NCBI GenBank assembly: GCA_038523235.1
Contig: JBCBJQ010000051.1
Coordinates: 1 to 40,635, forward strand
Direction: 5' to 3'
DNA length: 40,635 nucleotides
Origin: Cyanobacteria bacterium J06626_4
GTDB lineage: Bacteria > Cyanobacteriota > Cyanobacteriia > Phormidesmidales > Phormidesmidaceae
Both the position numbers and the translations under genes were made by a program. The notes under the pieces were generated by a model. It was not told the origin of the DNA and did no database searches. It worked only from the letters and a program-made list of their open reading frames with translations. Position 1 is the first letter of the stretch. Every line of letters begins with the position of its first letter. Shown here one piece after another: positions 10,379 through 19,535 of this stretch.

Positions 10379-11323
10379 TTATTCGAGCGTCTGATTATAG
10401 AGTTCCTCAAGGCGATCGATGGACTGTTCGACTGGAAACTCGTCGAATTTTGCCGTATTTTCAAAACTTTCTAAGGCCGCTTGCCCTTCTGATGAAGCAT
10501 CCATAGTCAGCAAGATATCCCTAATCGCGTCACTTTGCTCAGCCGGGGTTTGGGCGCTGACCAACACAATGTGCCGGGCAACGGGGTCAGTCTCTAGCAC
10601 AATTCTCATTGCCGATCGCACCTCCTCCGGCAACTCAGCAAAGGTACCGTTGTCTAAAGCGCCAGCATCGACTGCCCCACTGAGCACCAATTCAACGGTA
10701 TTGCTTTCATCGTCGCTGAAGACAAAGCCAACCTCATTAGCTTGGAGAGTATTACTAGCAGTAGATTGCTCAACCAGACTCAGTCCAGCGGCCTGCAAGT
10801 AAGCCAATGGCAGCATATAGCCGGATGTCGAAAAATCACTTTCCAGGGCAATTTGGGTGCCTGCCAGGTCTGCTGTCGTTTGAATGTCGCTCTCGTTCAA
10901 GGTAAAGATCAGACTGTGATATTCAGCGATGCCACCTTTCCAACGGCGCAGCAGCGGTTTTGCCTCGGTACGGGTGCTCATTACCATGACCGGATAAGGG
11001 CTATCAAAGTAGAGATCGACCTCCCCCTTGGCCAACCAAGCTTGCATCGTATCTAAGTCAGGGGCAATTTTAACAGTGGCTTGTTCGACGCCAACGTCAG
11101 TCAAACGGCTTTCCAAATAATCAGCGAGGGGCTGATAAAGGGTGATTTTTTCAGCGGGGTTGTTTGAGATATCACCGATCACGAGCACTTGCTCAGCGGT
11201 CAATTCGGCGGCGTCAACGGTCGTCTCGAGGGGGGCATCTGCGGTGCTATTGCTGCCGCTACAGCTGACCGCTAGCCCCAAAACACTCAAACAAAAGCAG
11301 CGTCTAATGGGTTTAGAAAACAT
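10379..11323 (-). CDS. PhnD-like (phosphate/phosphite/phosphonate family) substrate-binding lipoprotein
   Basis: Lipobox-like LAVSC, PLADYL, conserved STSGY.LP motif, V..G.VDAGA; stop codon directly abuts the kinase ATG. Confidence 0.85.
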   Translation of the reverse strand: MFSKPIRRCFCLSVLGLAVSCSGSNSTADAPLETTVDAAELTAEQVLVIGDISNNPAEKITLYQPLADYLESRLTDVGVEQATVKIAPDLDTMQAWLAKGEVDLYFDSPYPVMVMSTRTEAKPLLRRWKGGIAEYHSLIFTLNESDIQTTADLAGTQIALESDFSTSGYMLPLAYLQAAGLSLVEQSTASNTLQANEVGFVFSDDESNTVELVLSGAVDAGALDNGTFAELPEEVRSAMRIVLETDPVARHIVLVSAQTPAEQSDAIRDILLTMDASSEGQAALESFENTAKFDEFPVEQSIDRLEELYNQTLE

Positions 11324-11342
11324 GATTTGATATGTACTTTTA

Positions 11343-11372
11343 TAATTAAGAAACGGTTATGACTTGTTTAAT
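11343..11372 (-). promoter_or_regulatory. Pho-box-like triple direct repeat
   Basis: Minus strand ATTAAACA-agt-CATAACCG-ttt-CTTAATTA with 11-bp period; 6/8, 6/8 and 8/8 match to the cyanobacterial SphR/PhoB unit YTTAAYYW. Confidence 0.5.
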
Positions 11373-11604
11373 CAAGTATGCCCCACCTCCTCTGAAAGTA
11401 AGAGCCGAAGATGAGGGTCAGCCGCTTAGATGGGCAGAGAGAGGGGGCTCTATGACAGGATTATGGTTGACGACAGCAGGATGACGGTTGTCAAGACGAG
11501 TGCCAATACAGACCCAGCGCCGGAGACTGACAAGGTGACGGCGGGCAGCAATCTGCTCTGATTTTCCTGATATGTGGCTTGACGTTCCTCGGCTGAAAAC
11601 CGCC

Positions 11605-12666
11605 TCAAGTCGTGACCGAGGGGGGGGGAGAAACGGTAGTCGCTTCAGAGCCTGACTGATCTAACCAGTCAATCTGCCGCGCCGCCTCGGGGAATTGGGC
11701 CTGGCGCTGGCCGATCGCCCGCGATTTCGCACAATACAGGTCGAGCGGCCCGCTGATGAGGGCCACTGCCGGGGCACGGCGGCGCATAATGTGCCAGGTT
11801 GATTTGGCAATATCTTTGATCAGCCAGCGACCGAGGCGACGAATCACCTCTTTGGGCGGCATAGTGGGGCCCAGATCAACGCCATGCAATTCGTGCAGAT
11901 AAAAGTTGGAGCGACCATACCGCCGCCACTGACTAGCGAGTTCCTTCAAGGTCGAGCGGTGGCGATGGCGCACCAGAGCATCTTGGGCAAAAAAGACTTG
12001 CCAATCGGTGGCCATCTGCACCCGCCAGCAGAGGTCAGCATCGCCGCCCGTCGTGAGGTAGGGCCGAAACAAACCCGCTTGAGTAAAGGCGGCCTGACGG
12101 ATGGCTAAGTTTGCCGTTTGCCCGTAGGGATAGAAAGGGTGGGCGTAGGTATAGCGCTGAGTGAGCGTCTCCCGATATTCAGCGTAGCTTTCCAGCAGGC
12201 TATGACCGGCCAAAGCGGCGATTTCACCAATTACCAAACCCACCTCAGCAGCTTGAAAGGGGGCGATCAGTTTAACGAGCCAGTCAGCATGGGGGCGGCA
12301 GTCGGCATCAGTGAATACCAGAATCTCGCCAGTCGCGGCCCGAATGCCTTGGTTACGAGCCGCATAGGAGCTTTGAATCTGAGGTTCAGACAGCGGCTGG
12401 ATTTGCAGACCTAACGCTTGCCCGGTCGCCCGTAGCTGCTGTAGCTGCGCTGCTGTGTCGTCGGTACTGTTATTGTCAACCAGCAGATATTCGACGCGGT
12501 CGCGGGGGTATGTCTGGCTGCACAGGCATTTGCCTAAATCAGGCAGATCGGCTGCGCCGTTGTAAATCGGCACAATGACCGAAATTTGCGGCCAGACAAT
12601 ATCGTTAGAAATCTCAGGGGAAGACATAAGTTCGGCGTTCAGATAACGATTTTCTGAGAAAGCCAT
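11605..12666 (-). CDS. Glycosyltransferase family 2
   Basis: ISVIVPIYN, VDNNSTD, AARNQG, FTDADC, GGDADLCWR; exact start uncertain. Confidence 0.92.
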   Translation of the reverse strand: MAFSENRYLNAELMSSPEISNDIVWPQISVIVPIYNGAADLPDLGKCLCSQTYPRDRVEYLLVDNNSTDDTAAQLQQLRATGQALGLQIQPLSEPQIQSSYAARNQGIRAATGEILVFTDADCRPHADWLVKLIAPFQAAEVGLVIGEIAALAGHSLLESYAEYRETLTQRYTYAHPFYPYGQTANLAIRQAAFTQAGLFRPYLTTGGDADLCWRVQMATDWQVFFAQDALVRHRHRSTLKELASQWRRYGRSNFYLHELHGVDLGPTMPPKEVIRRLGRWLIKDIAKSTWHIMRRRAPAVALISGPLDLYCAKSRAIGQRQAQFPEAARQIDWLDQSGSEATTVSPPPSVTT

Positions 12667-12721
12667 TCCTCCGTAGATTTCCCAGCTTGGGCAGGGGAGT
12701 GACAGTTGTCAGCGTGAACTT

Positions 12722-14635
12722 TCAAGTTGGGGGCTCTGCCCCGGCTGTCCCGTTTGTCCGCTCGGTAGCGTAGCCCCGAGGCGTAATCAGCTTACCGGCA
12801 TATCGCTGAGTGCTGCGGTTGCCAATGATCACCGTAGTTAGCATGTCGATAGCCGGTTCGAGCAGGTGAGCCACATCCGTCAGAACAATGTTTTCGTCCG
12901 GGCGGTAGGCCGACTGCACGATCGCGACCGGAGTGTCGGGCGCTCGATGCTGCGCCAGAATCTGCTGGGCGATCGCAATCTGTTTTGTCCGTTTCTGCGA
13001 TTTGGGATTGTAGAGGGCGATGACAAAGTCGGCGGCGGCGGCGGCCTGCAGACGCTTCTCGATCACAGGCCAGGGGGTGAGCAGGTCGCTCAAGCTGATG
13101 GCACAAAAATCATGCATCAGCGGCGCGCCGACGCGAGCTGCCGCTGACTGCAGCGCCGAAATGCCGGGGAGGGTGGCGATGGTCGGGGTTTGACCATCCC
13201 AGCCTTGGGCCTGCAGCGTCTCCAACACCAAACCGGCCATGGCGTAGATGCCACAGTCGCCCGAAGAGATGACGGCAACGTTGAGCCCCCAATTCGCCAG
13301 GGCGATCGCCCGTTCAGCCCGCTGTTGTTCCTGCATGATCGGCCAGGGCTCGACGATTTGCCCCGGTCGTAAGAGGGGACGAATCAGATCAATATAGAGG
13401 CGGTAGCCAATCACGGCGTCGGCCTGAGAGATCGCGGCCTTGGCCGCCGGGGTGATCTGATCCAGGCTGCCGGGGCCGGTACCGACCAGCGCCAGATGCC
13501 CGATCCGCCCCGTATATTCCTGCTGGGCCTGGGCGATCGCCACGGTGACGGCCCCCGGCTGCGCTGCTTCCCGAACAACCTGTTTGGTAACGCTGAGCTG
13601 GAGGTCGCTCTCAGCCTCAGAATGTTGCTGGGCGGCCAATAGTGCTGCGGCCTCAGCCACGCTGGGGGTGCCGACGGCTTTTTCCACTACGGCGGAAGGA
13701 TGAGGCACAGTAATTTTGCTCAATGCTGCAGCGGTGAAGCACCGCAGCGGCCACTGTCGCTCCTGGCAAAGCTGCACCAGTCCCGCCTCGTCAGCTTTGA
13801 GATCAATCGTGGCGACCCCCGCGATCGCTCCCTGAGCCAGATGATGGGTTTGGCAGGCGGTGGCGATCGCTTGAGCAATCAATGCTTGTGAAGTGCCGCG
13901 CTCGCAACCGATACCCAACCACAGTACCCGTGGATGCCACTGCACTTTTGGCAACTCGGCCTCGGGCGCAAACTGCCGCTGGCTCGCACTAATCCACACG
14001 CGAGCCTGATGGGGGGAGGACGACTCAGTCGGCAGGGGCGGCACGTCTGGCCAGCCCAACTGAAAGGAATGATCGGCGGGCAAATGCTGCTGCCAAACTT
14101 CTGAACCCGCGTCTTGAATGACCTGCACCGGTGCTCGCCGGGCAAGGGCGCTGGCCACCCGTGTCCAGTCGCCGCCGCCTTTCGTCCAGCCAAAGGGTTG
14201 CCCCAATAGATCGATCCCCGGCAGGTGCCGATGATGGGCAGAGCCAGTAATCACCGCTTGGGCATTTAATAGATGACTGAGGCGCTGAGCCAGGCGATCG
14301 CCGCCGCCCTGGTGGCCGCCACAGAGACTGATCGCAAATTGACCCGCTTCATCCAGCACCACCACAGCGGGATCTGTCTGCTTATCTTGCAGCAAAGGCG
14401 CGATCAGCCGCACCACCGCCCCCGTCGCCAGGCAAAAGATCAGGCCGGTTTGCTCGTTCCACAGGGCGGCGATCGTATTCTGTAGCGGCCCTGAGTAAAC
14501 CTCGATTGCCATGTCAGCAGTTGACTCCAGGGTCGTGGCCACAGATTGAGGCACCCAGAGCGTCGCGGGCAAGGCAGCGCAAACAGGAATCAGCGATCGC
14601 GCCCCGGCCGGGGTCGTAGTAATAGCCGCAAACAA
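12722..14635 (-). CDS. cobJ: CbiG-CobJ(CbiH) fusion: precorrin-3B C17-methyltransferase with N-terminal CbiG domains
   Basis: CbiG motifs GAVVRLIAP..DK.TDPAV, SLCGGH.GG, LGIGC.RG, SVAEAAAL; methyltransferase motifs VGTGPG, SSGDCGIYAM, DFCAISLSDLLTPW, ALYNP, TPRGY; TTG start with AAGGGAG SD. Confidence 0.93.
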   Translation of the reverse strand: MFAAITTTPAGARSLIPVCAALPATLWVPQSVATTLESTADMAIEVYSGPLQNTIAALWNEQTGLIFCLATGAVVRLIAPLLQDKQTDPAVVVLDEAGQFAISLCGGHQGGGDRLAQRLSHLLNAQAVITGSAHHRHLPGIDLLGQPFGWTKGGGDWTRVASALARRAPVQVIQDAGSEVWQQHLPADHSFQLGWPDVPPLPTESSSPHQARVWISASQRQFAPEAELPKVQWHPRVLWLGIGCERGTSQALIAQAIATACQTHHLAQGAIAGVATIDLKADEAGLVQLCQERQWPLRCFTAAALSKITVPHPSAVVEKAVGTPSVAEAAALLAAQQHSEAESDLQLSVTKQVVREAAQPGAVTVAIAQAQQEYTGRIGHLALVGTGPGSLDQITPAAKAAISQADAVIGYRLYIDLIRPLLRPGQIVEPWPIMQEQQRAERAIALANWGLNVAVISSGDCGIYAMAGLVLETLQAQGWDGQTPTIATLPGISALQSAAARVGAPLMHDFCAISLSDLLTPWPVIEKRLQAAAAADFVIALYNPKSQKRTKQIAIAQQILAQHRAPDTPVAIVQSAYRPDENIVLTDVAHLLEPAIDMLTTVIIGNRSTQRYAGKLITPRGYATERTNGTAGAEPPT

Positions 14636-15113
14636 AGATAACAGGCTCCCTTACATGAATCATCGCCCGATCAAACTGGCGTGCCCTCACTATCGCATCT
14701 GCCTGAGCGCGTTCGAGAGTCATCCGGCCGTCTGGGCTCCACCAACCGTGAACGTGGATTTACCAGGGCAATGAGATACAGGCAACACCTGAACTAAAGA
14801 TGAGTATTTGCACTTAATTTTTATTTGTAGCCAAATAAAATTCAGCTTACGTAAGATTCCCCACGTCAAAGTCACGTATACTTAATAAAGTGTTACACAA
14901 CTGAGTGAACAGGACTAAATGTGCTGTTGACGGTTTCAAGGCAAATTTGTCGGCAGCGTGTTTAAGCGCCTCTGAGATGTTGGCAACTACAGCCGGTTTC
15001 TGCGATTGCTCATAGTCTACAGAATCACACCAGCCAACTAGCCAGCGCTTAACCGTCAGCCATTTCCGCTTACACCAACGTTTTACCGAGTCAATTGAGT
15101 TTGGATAACTGTA

Positions 15114-15335
15114 ATGACAACTAACCAACTGAATCCCGATTTCGGTCAGCCTCAGAGCTCTAAGCTGAGTGTCTTGGGAATTATCTTTCTCATCATGGGC
15201 GCGCCCAACGTATACGCCTTCTTTCAGCGCCGGGCCGACAATGTCAGCTATGGCGGCAACGGCGTGCCTCGCTATCTGTTCGCGGTTCTGTGTGCGATGG
15301 CGATCGCGGGCCTCGTTGAGCTATCTGTCGTCTAG
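15114..15335 (+). CDS. Small hypothetical two-TM membrane protein
   Basis: ATG ORF of 73 aa with two hydrophobic stretches and an internal HIP1; no family recognised. Confidence 0.5.
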   Translation: MTTNQLNPDFGQPQSSKLSVLGIIFLIMGAPNVYAFFQRRADNVSYGGNGVPRYLFAVLCAMAIAGLVELSVV

Positions 15336-15821
15336 CTCCGCTGTGCCTGAGGCACAAGGACAGAGAACGCTTTATTTAGGTAAATGGCAGCGATGGATCA
15401 GCATTCATCGCTGCTATTCCCTGTTCTGACTGTGAATGCGCTTGTGAACGGCTGGCAACGCTGGTTGGGTTCACCACTGGGCAGATAGCGCAGGATATAA
15501 ACCTTGGAATCGAGCTGTTTGAAGTCGGTGAACAGCGATCGCTAAGTAGGCGTACATAGGTAAGCGGTGCTGTCGGGTGCTGTTCGGCCAAGTCGTCAAC
15601 ACCATCACCTTCAGCCTTGATGCTGATGGAACAATCGGCCAGCCAACACCTGTATAGAACTTGAGTCGCGGTTGATGCGACACCTTTTGCAGGTCAGCAA
15701 CGTCATCGATTAATAAACCAGGACAGATTTACTATAGAGAAGCCTTGCTGTCGCTTTGACAGGGCGTTTGTCCTCCGGCTGTCGATGGTTAGATGCGTTG
15801 GTGTATCCCCCGGTCAATCTT

Positions 15822-16241
15822 GTGCTTCCTTGCGAATTCATCCTTCCCGGTCGGCCTGTTTCAAACCAAACCAAAGATAAATCGAAGCTGCAGGCGTGGG
15901 TCAAGCGAGTTCGTCAGGCGGCCAGCCAGTCATGGGTCAGCGATCGCCCCAGCGACGAGTTGGTTCGGATCCGGCTGACCTATTATTTTGAGGCGCGCAG
16001 CGGCAACGAAGACAGCGTGCCCGACAGCGACAATATTATTAAGCCGGTGCGCACCGCGTTGGTCAGCGTCGTTTATCAGCATGATTATCAGGTAACAGAT
16101 GTGGTGAGTCGCCGCAAAAATTTGAACGGTTCCTTTCGGGTCAAAGGCATGTCACCGCTCTTAGCTGAAGGCTTTATTCAAGGGGTAGAATTTGTGCATG
16201 TTAGGATAGAACATGCTCCAGATCCAGCTGATTTAGGGTAG
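15822..16241 (+). CDS. RusA-family Holliday junction resolvase / endodeoxyribonuclease
   Basis: EF.LPG.PVS.Q N-terminus, D-x-D-N-x-x-K (PDSDNIIKP) and downstream DYQV; start placed at GTG 15822. Confidence 0.8.
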   Translation: MLPCEFILPGRPVSNQTKDKSKLQAWVKRVRQAASQSWVSDRPSDELVRIRLTYYFEARSGNEDSVPDSDNIIKPVRTALVSVVYQHDYQVTDVVSRRKNLNGSFRVKGMSPLLAEGFIQGVEFVHVRIEHAPDPADLG

Positions 16242-16264
16242 TGAGTTCTTGACAGATCGTCTCT

Positions 16265-16582
16265 ATGAGTTATCGCAATCATCAATCCAGCTTGGAACAT
16301 CGGCGGGTACTCAAGCTCGCGCGGGAATATCGCAACGAAGGCTACGAGGTAACGGTATACCCCGAAGCCACCGATTTACCTGAGGGGCTCTCGAAATGTC
16401 CGCTCGACATTATTGCTAAAGGGGCTAATCAGGTCATTGCCGTTGAAGTGAGAACGCGAGAGAGTCTATCACTCAATGGGTTTGAAGATTTACGGCGGAT
16501 GGCAGAGAAAATTAAAGAACTGCCAGGCTGGATATTTGAGCTGGTAGTGACTAACCCCCGCCAGCCTAAAGACGACCATTAA
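16265..16582 (+). CDS. Small PD-(D/E)XK restriction-endonuclease-fold protein (REase_AHJR-like)
   Basis: LAREY..EGYEV..P, PLDIIAK, IAVEVRT, PGW.FELV pattern. Confidence 0.7.
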   Translation: MSYRNHQSSLEHRRVLKLAREYRNEGYEVTVYPEATDLPEGLSKCPLDIIAKGANQVIAVEVRTRESLSLNGFEDLRRMAEKIKELPGWIFELVVTNPRQPKDDH

Positions 16583-17226
16583 TCAACTGAAACCTGGGTC
16601 GTGGGCAATCGCCCGACCAAGTTGGCTAACGCCGCCAGCATGGCATTGCCCCCCAAGATATAAGAGGCTCCGGCGACGGTTGGCTCCATTTGGGTGTTAC
16701 CGGCCAGTAACCCCACCCCTAAAGCCGTTTGCAACGTCCCCATGGCCAGGTCTCGACGGCGGCGCTTTTTAGGTTTGCGGCTGAGCGGTTGCGTGGCCGG
16801 ATAAGCCTGAGCAATGGCTTCACTCAGCTGTTGAAACGCTGACTGCACCTCATCGCTACTAGTGAGTGGTTTATCGTAATCGGGCGTCGTGAGAAAATGC
16901 TCAATCAGCTGCTCTAGCTCATGCTGACTGACTGACAGAGGATGGACGGTTTTCAGTTCTATGGTGATCAAAGACGCACCATCCTTGATCAAAGTTTCGC
17001 GCACGGCCTCAGCTGACTGGCAATTGGCGATCGCTTTGTAAATTAGCTTATCGATTTTGTCCGCGATCGCCTCGTCAGCCAGATGCGCCAGCACGGCTTG
17101 TTGAGCTTGCGCAAGCTGAGCCTCGGCAGCCGGGAAGGGCACCTTTTTTTTGGTGAGCTGATTGACCGCTTTTTGCCAATCTTTTAGTGCCTGTAGCAAC
17201 TGATCAATCTCCGAACCTGACGCCAT
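16579..17226 (-). CDS. Hypothetical helical protein with basic patch and C-terminal hydrophobic segments
   Basis: 215 aa ORF with AAGGGAG SD upstream; KPKKRRRR followed by Gly-rich hydrophobic helices. Confidence 0.75.
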   Translation of the reverse strand: MASGSEIDQLLQALKDWQKAVNQLTKKKVPFPAAEAQLAQAQQAVLAHLADEAIADKIDKLIYKAIANCQSAEAVRETLIKDGASLITIELKTVHPLSVSQHELEQLIEHFLTTPDYDKPLTSSDEVQSAFQQLSEAIAQAYPATQPLSRKPKKRRRRDLAMGTLQTALGVGLLAGNTQMEPTVAGASYILGGNAMLAALANLVGRLPTTQVSVD

Positions 17227-17508
17227 GAGATGACTCCCTTGAAGTAATAGATGTGAACCCTGAGGATGCCTCCATTGTGCTCAAAGACGCGACACCGCGG
17301 TCAAGGTTTCGCGCCTGTGGCGATGACCCATCCGCCAATATCGCTTATTTAGTTTGTTCTCGCCCGGTGACGGCTATCCGGGTAAAGGAACGGCCAGGAT
17401 GGCCATCAAACAAGAGGCGTTGGGAGGGTGGCAGCAGGGGGATATCTGAGTGGGTAAGGACGAGGCGATCGCTTTCTTCAGTACGGCTGAGCGCTAGGAA
17501 ACCTTGTT

Positions 17509-17530
17509 GGGTAGGCTTCCTAGCCTGCCC
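17509..17530. repeat. Short REP-like hairpin
   Basis: GGGTAGGCT-TCCT-AGCCTGCCC downstream of msrP, followed by C-rich low-complexity sequence. Confidence 0.45.
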
Positions 17531-17615
17531 CCACCCCACCAGATTACCGACCCTCCATCCCCGACCCTCTACTCATCCACATCTTCTAACGGGACTCTAT
17601 CTTCACACCAGCTGC

Positions 17616-18605
17616 TTAGGCGTAAAGATCCGCCACGTAGTCGCCGTAACCGTTGTAGATGACCGTAGGCTGCTTTTCCCAATCAAAGGGATTGGTGTTG
17701 GTGCCGACAATTTTTTCCGTCATTTGAGACCAGCGAGGATGGGGCACCTCAGGATTCACGTTGGCCTCAAAGCCATATTCGTTCGGAGAAAGGGTGTTCC
17801 AGTAGGTAGCGGGCCGCTCTTTCAAGAATTCAATTTTGACGATCGATTTGCCGCTTTTAAAGCCATACTTCCACGGCATCACCATGCGAATTGGCGCGCC
17901 ATGTTGCTTGGGCAGGGTGCGACCGTAGATGCCGACTGCGAAGAAGGCGAGTTCGTTGGCCATTTCCGAGATCGTCAGCGCTTCGACATAGGGCCAGGGC
18001 AGATTCTGGGCAAAGCCCCAAGCTGGCCCTGGGGTGATTTCAGGATCATAAAACGAGGTAAAGCTGACGTACTTGGCGTCGCTCGTTGGTTCAACGTCAG
18101 CCATCAGAGCCTGCATCGGGAAGCCCAACCAGGGAACGACCATGGCCCAGGCTTCGACACAGCGAAATCGATAGACCCGCTCTTCGAGGGGAAAGCGGTT
18201 GGTGAGGTCGTCGAGGTCGTATTTTTTCGGATTTTTAACCAGCCCGCCGACTTCTAGCGTCCACGGGTCGGTGGGGAGGTTTTGGGCGTTGGCCCAGATA
18301 TTTTTGGTGCCGCCAAATTCGTAAAAATTGTTGTAAGTACTAGCGTATTGTTGCCCAGTAATGGCACGCCCCGCATCTCGAAAATCGGGGTTGCGCATCA
18401 CGTTATTGAGGGGGCGACCCAGCGTTTCCCGCAGTTCTGGAGCCATGTCGTTAGTCCGCTGGCAGCCAATGACAGACACAGCTGAAGCGCCGATGCCCAT
18501 GCCGACGATCGCCTTCATAAATTTGCGACGGTTCCAATAGGCAAATTCTGGTGTGATCTGGCTTTCGGCAAGCTGCCAAGACTTGGGAAGGTGAATAAAG
18601 CTCAT
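17616..18605 (-). CDS. msrP: Protein-methionine-sulfoxide reductase catalytic subunit MsrP (YedY)
   Basis: Tat motif NRRKFMK, YNNFYEFG, EERVYRFRCVEAW, GAPIR..PWKYGFKS.KSIV, EYGF.ANVNP.VPHPRWSQ. Confidence 0.96.
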   Translation of the reverse strand: MSFIHLPKSWQLAESQITPEFAYWNRRKFMKAIVGMGIGASAVSVIGCQRTNDMAPELRETLGRPLNNVMRNPDFRDAGRAITGQQYASTYNNFYEFGGTKNIWANAQNLPTDPWTLEVGGLVKNPKKYDLDDLTNRFPLEERVYRFRCVEAWAMVVPWLGFPMQALMADVEPTSDAKYVSFTSFYDPEITPGPAWGFAQNLPWPYVEALTISEMANELAFFAVGIYGRTLPKQHGAPIRMVMPWKYGFKSGKSIVKIEFLKERPATYWNTLSPNEYGFEANVNPEVPHPRWSQMTEKIVGTNTNPFDWEKQPTVIYNGYGDYVADLYA

Positions 18606-18668
18606 GGGCGATCGCGAATAGGCTATCGCCTACCGATTGTTACACTTTTCCTACGGTGAAGGGGTGAC

Positions 18669-19535
18669 ATGATGCTGTATCTCGGCTGCGCGGTGTGGGC
18701 GTTTAAAGACTGGGTGGGTGACTTTTATCCGGCGGGGGCCCGACCTGCGGACTTTTTGCGACTTTATGGCGATCGCCTCACGACCGTTGAGGGGAATACA
18801 ACGTTTTATTCCATTCCTGATGCGGCGACGGTTGATCGCTGGGCCGCACAAACGCCCGAGACCTTTCGCTTTTGCCCCAAAGTGCCGCGCCTCTATTCCC
18901 ACAGTGGGGAGCTGATGCCCCACCTGCCCCAGACGCTGGACTTTTTGGCCACCCTGCAGCGGTTAGGGCCGCGCCTAGGGCCCATGTTTTTGCAACTGCC
19001 GCCTAGCTACAGCCCTGAGCGGTTCCGTGACTTAACGCAGTTTTTGACCGAGTGGCCCCGTCAAACCGCCCCGATCGCCGTAGAAGTGCGCCATTTAGAC
19101 TGGTTTCGCCCCATGCAGGCCAACCGGTTGAATGACCAGCTACGGCAGTTGGGGGTGGGTCGAGTCATGCTTGACAGCCGCACCATGTATGACGGTCAGG
19201 CCGATGGACTGCCCGATCCGCAGTTCACCTCAGAACGCCGCAAGCCCAACGTGCCGCTGCAGCCGGTAGTCACCGCCGACTTTTGCCTGGTGCGCTACAT
19301 CAGCCACCCCGACTTAAATTTCAACGAACCCTATGTGACCAAGTGGGTACCGTGTTTGCAGGCTTGGTTAGCAGCGGGGAAGACGGTTTACCTGTTTATC
19401 CACTGTCCTGACGAGGCTCAATCACCAGCCATCGCCCGCTACTTTTACGACACGTTAAAGGGCGCCATGCCCAATCTGCCGAGTTTGCCCTGGGATGAAA
19501 TTGAGCCGCCCGCCGCTCAGCTCAGCCTGTTTTGA
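18669..19535 (+). CDS. DUF72 (YecE-like) protein
   Basis: LGCAVW, W.G.FYP, TVEGNTTFY, F.FCPKVP, LQLPP, AVEVRH..W, YLFIHCP. Confidence 0.92.
   Translation: MMLYLGCAVWAFKDWVGDFYPAGARPADFLRLYGDRLTTVEGNTTFYSIPDAATVDRWAAQTPETFRFCPKVPRLYSHSGELMPHLPQTLDFLATLQRLGPRLGPMFLQLPPSYSPERFRDLTQFLTEWPRQTAPIAVEVRHLDWFRPMQANRLNDQLRQLGVGRVMLDSRTMYDGQADGLPDPQFTSERRKPNVPLQPVVTADFCLVRYISHPDLNFNEPYVTKWVPCLQAWLAAGKTVYLFIHCPDEAQSPAIARYFYDTLKGAMPNLPSLPWDEIEPPAAQLSLF

Noticed and set aside
14636..14900. Cobalamin riboswitch upstream of cobJ
   Set aside because: I could not find the B12-box or other conserved core elements by eye; an Rfam scan would be decisive
14847..15128. 93-aa minus-strand ORF upstream of cobJ
   Set aside because: No SD or recognisable motif, and it overlaps the start of a more plausible opposite-strand ORF
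17253..18257. 334-aa plus-strand ORF
   Set aside because: Antisense shadow of msrP with no recognisable motifs
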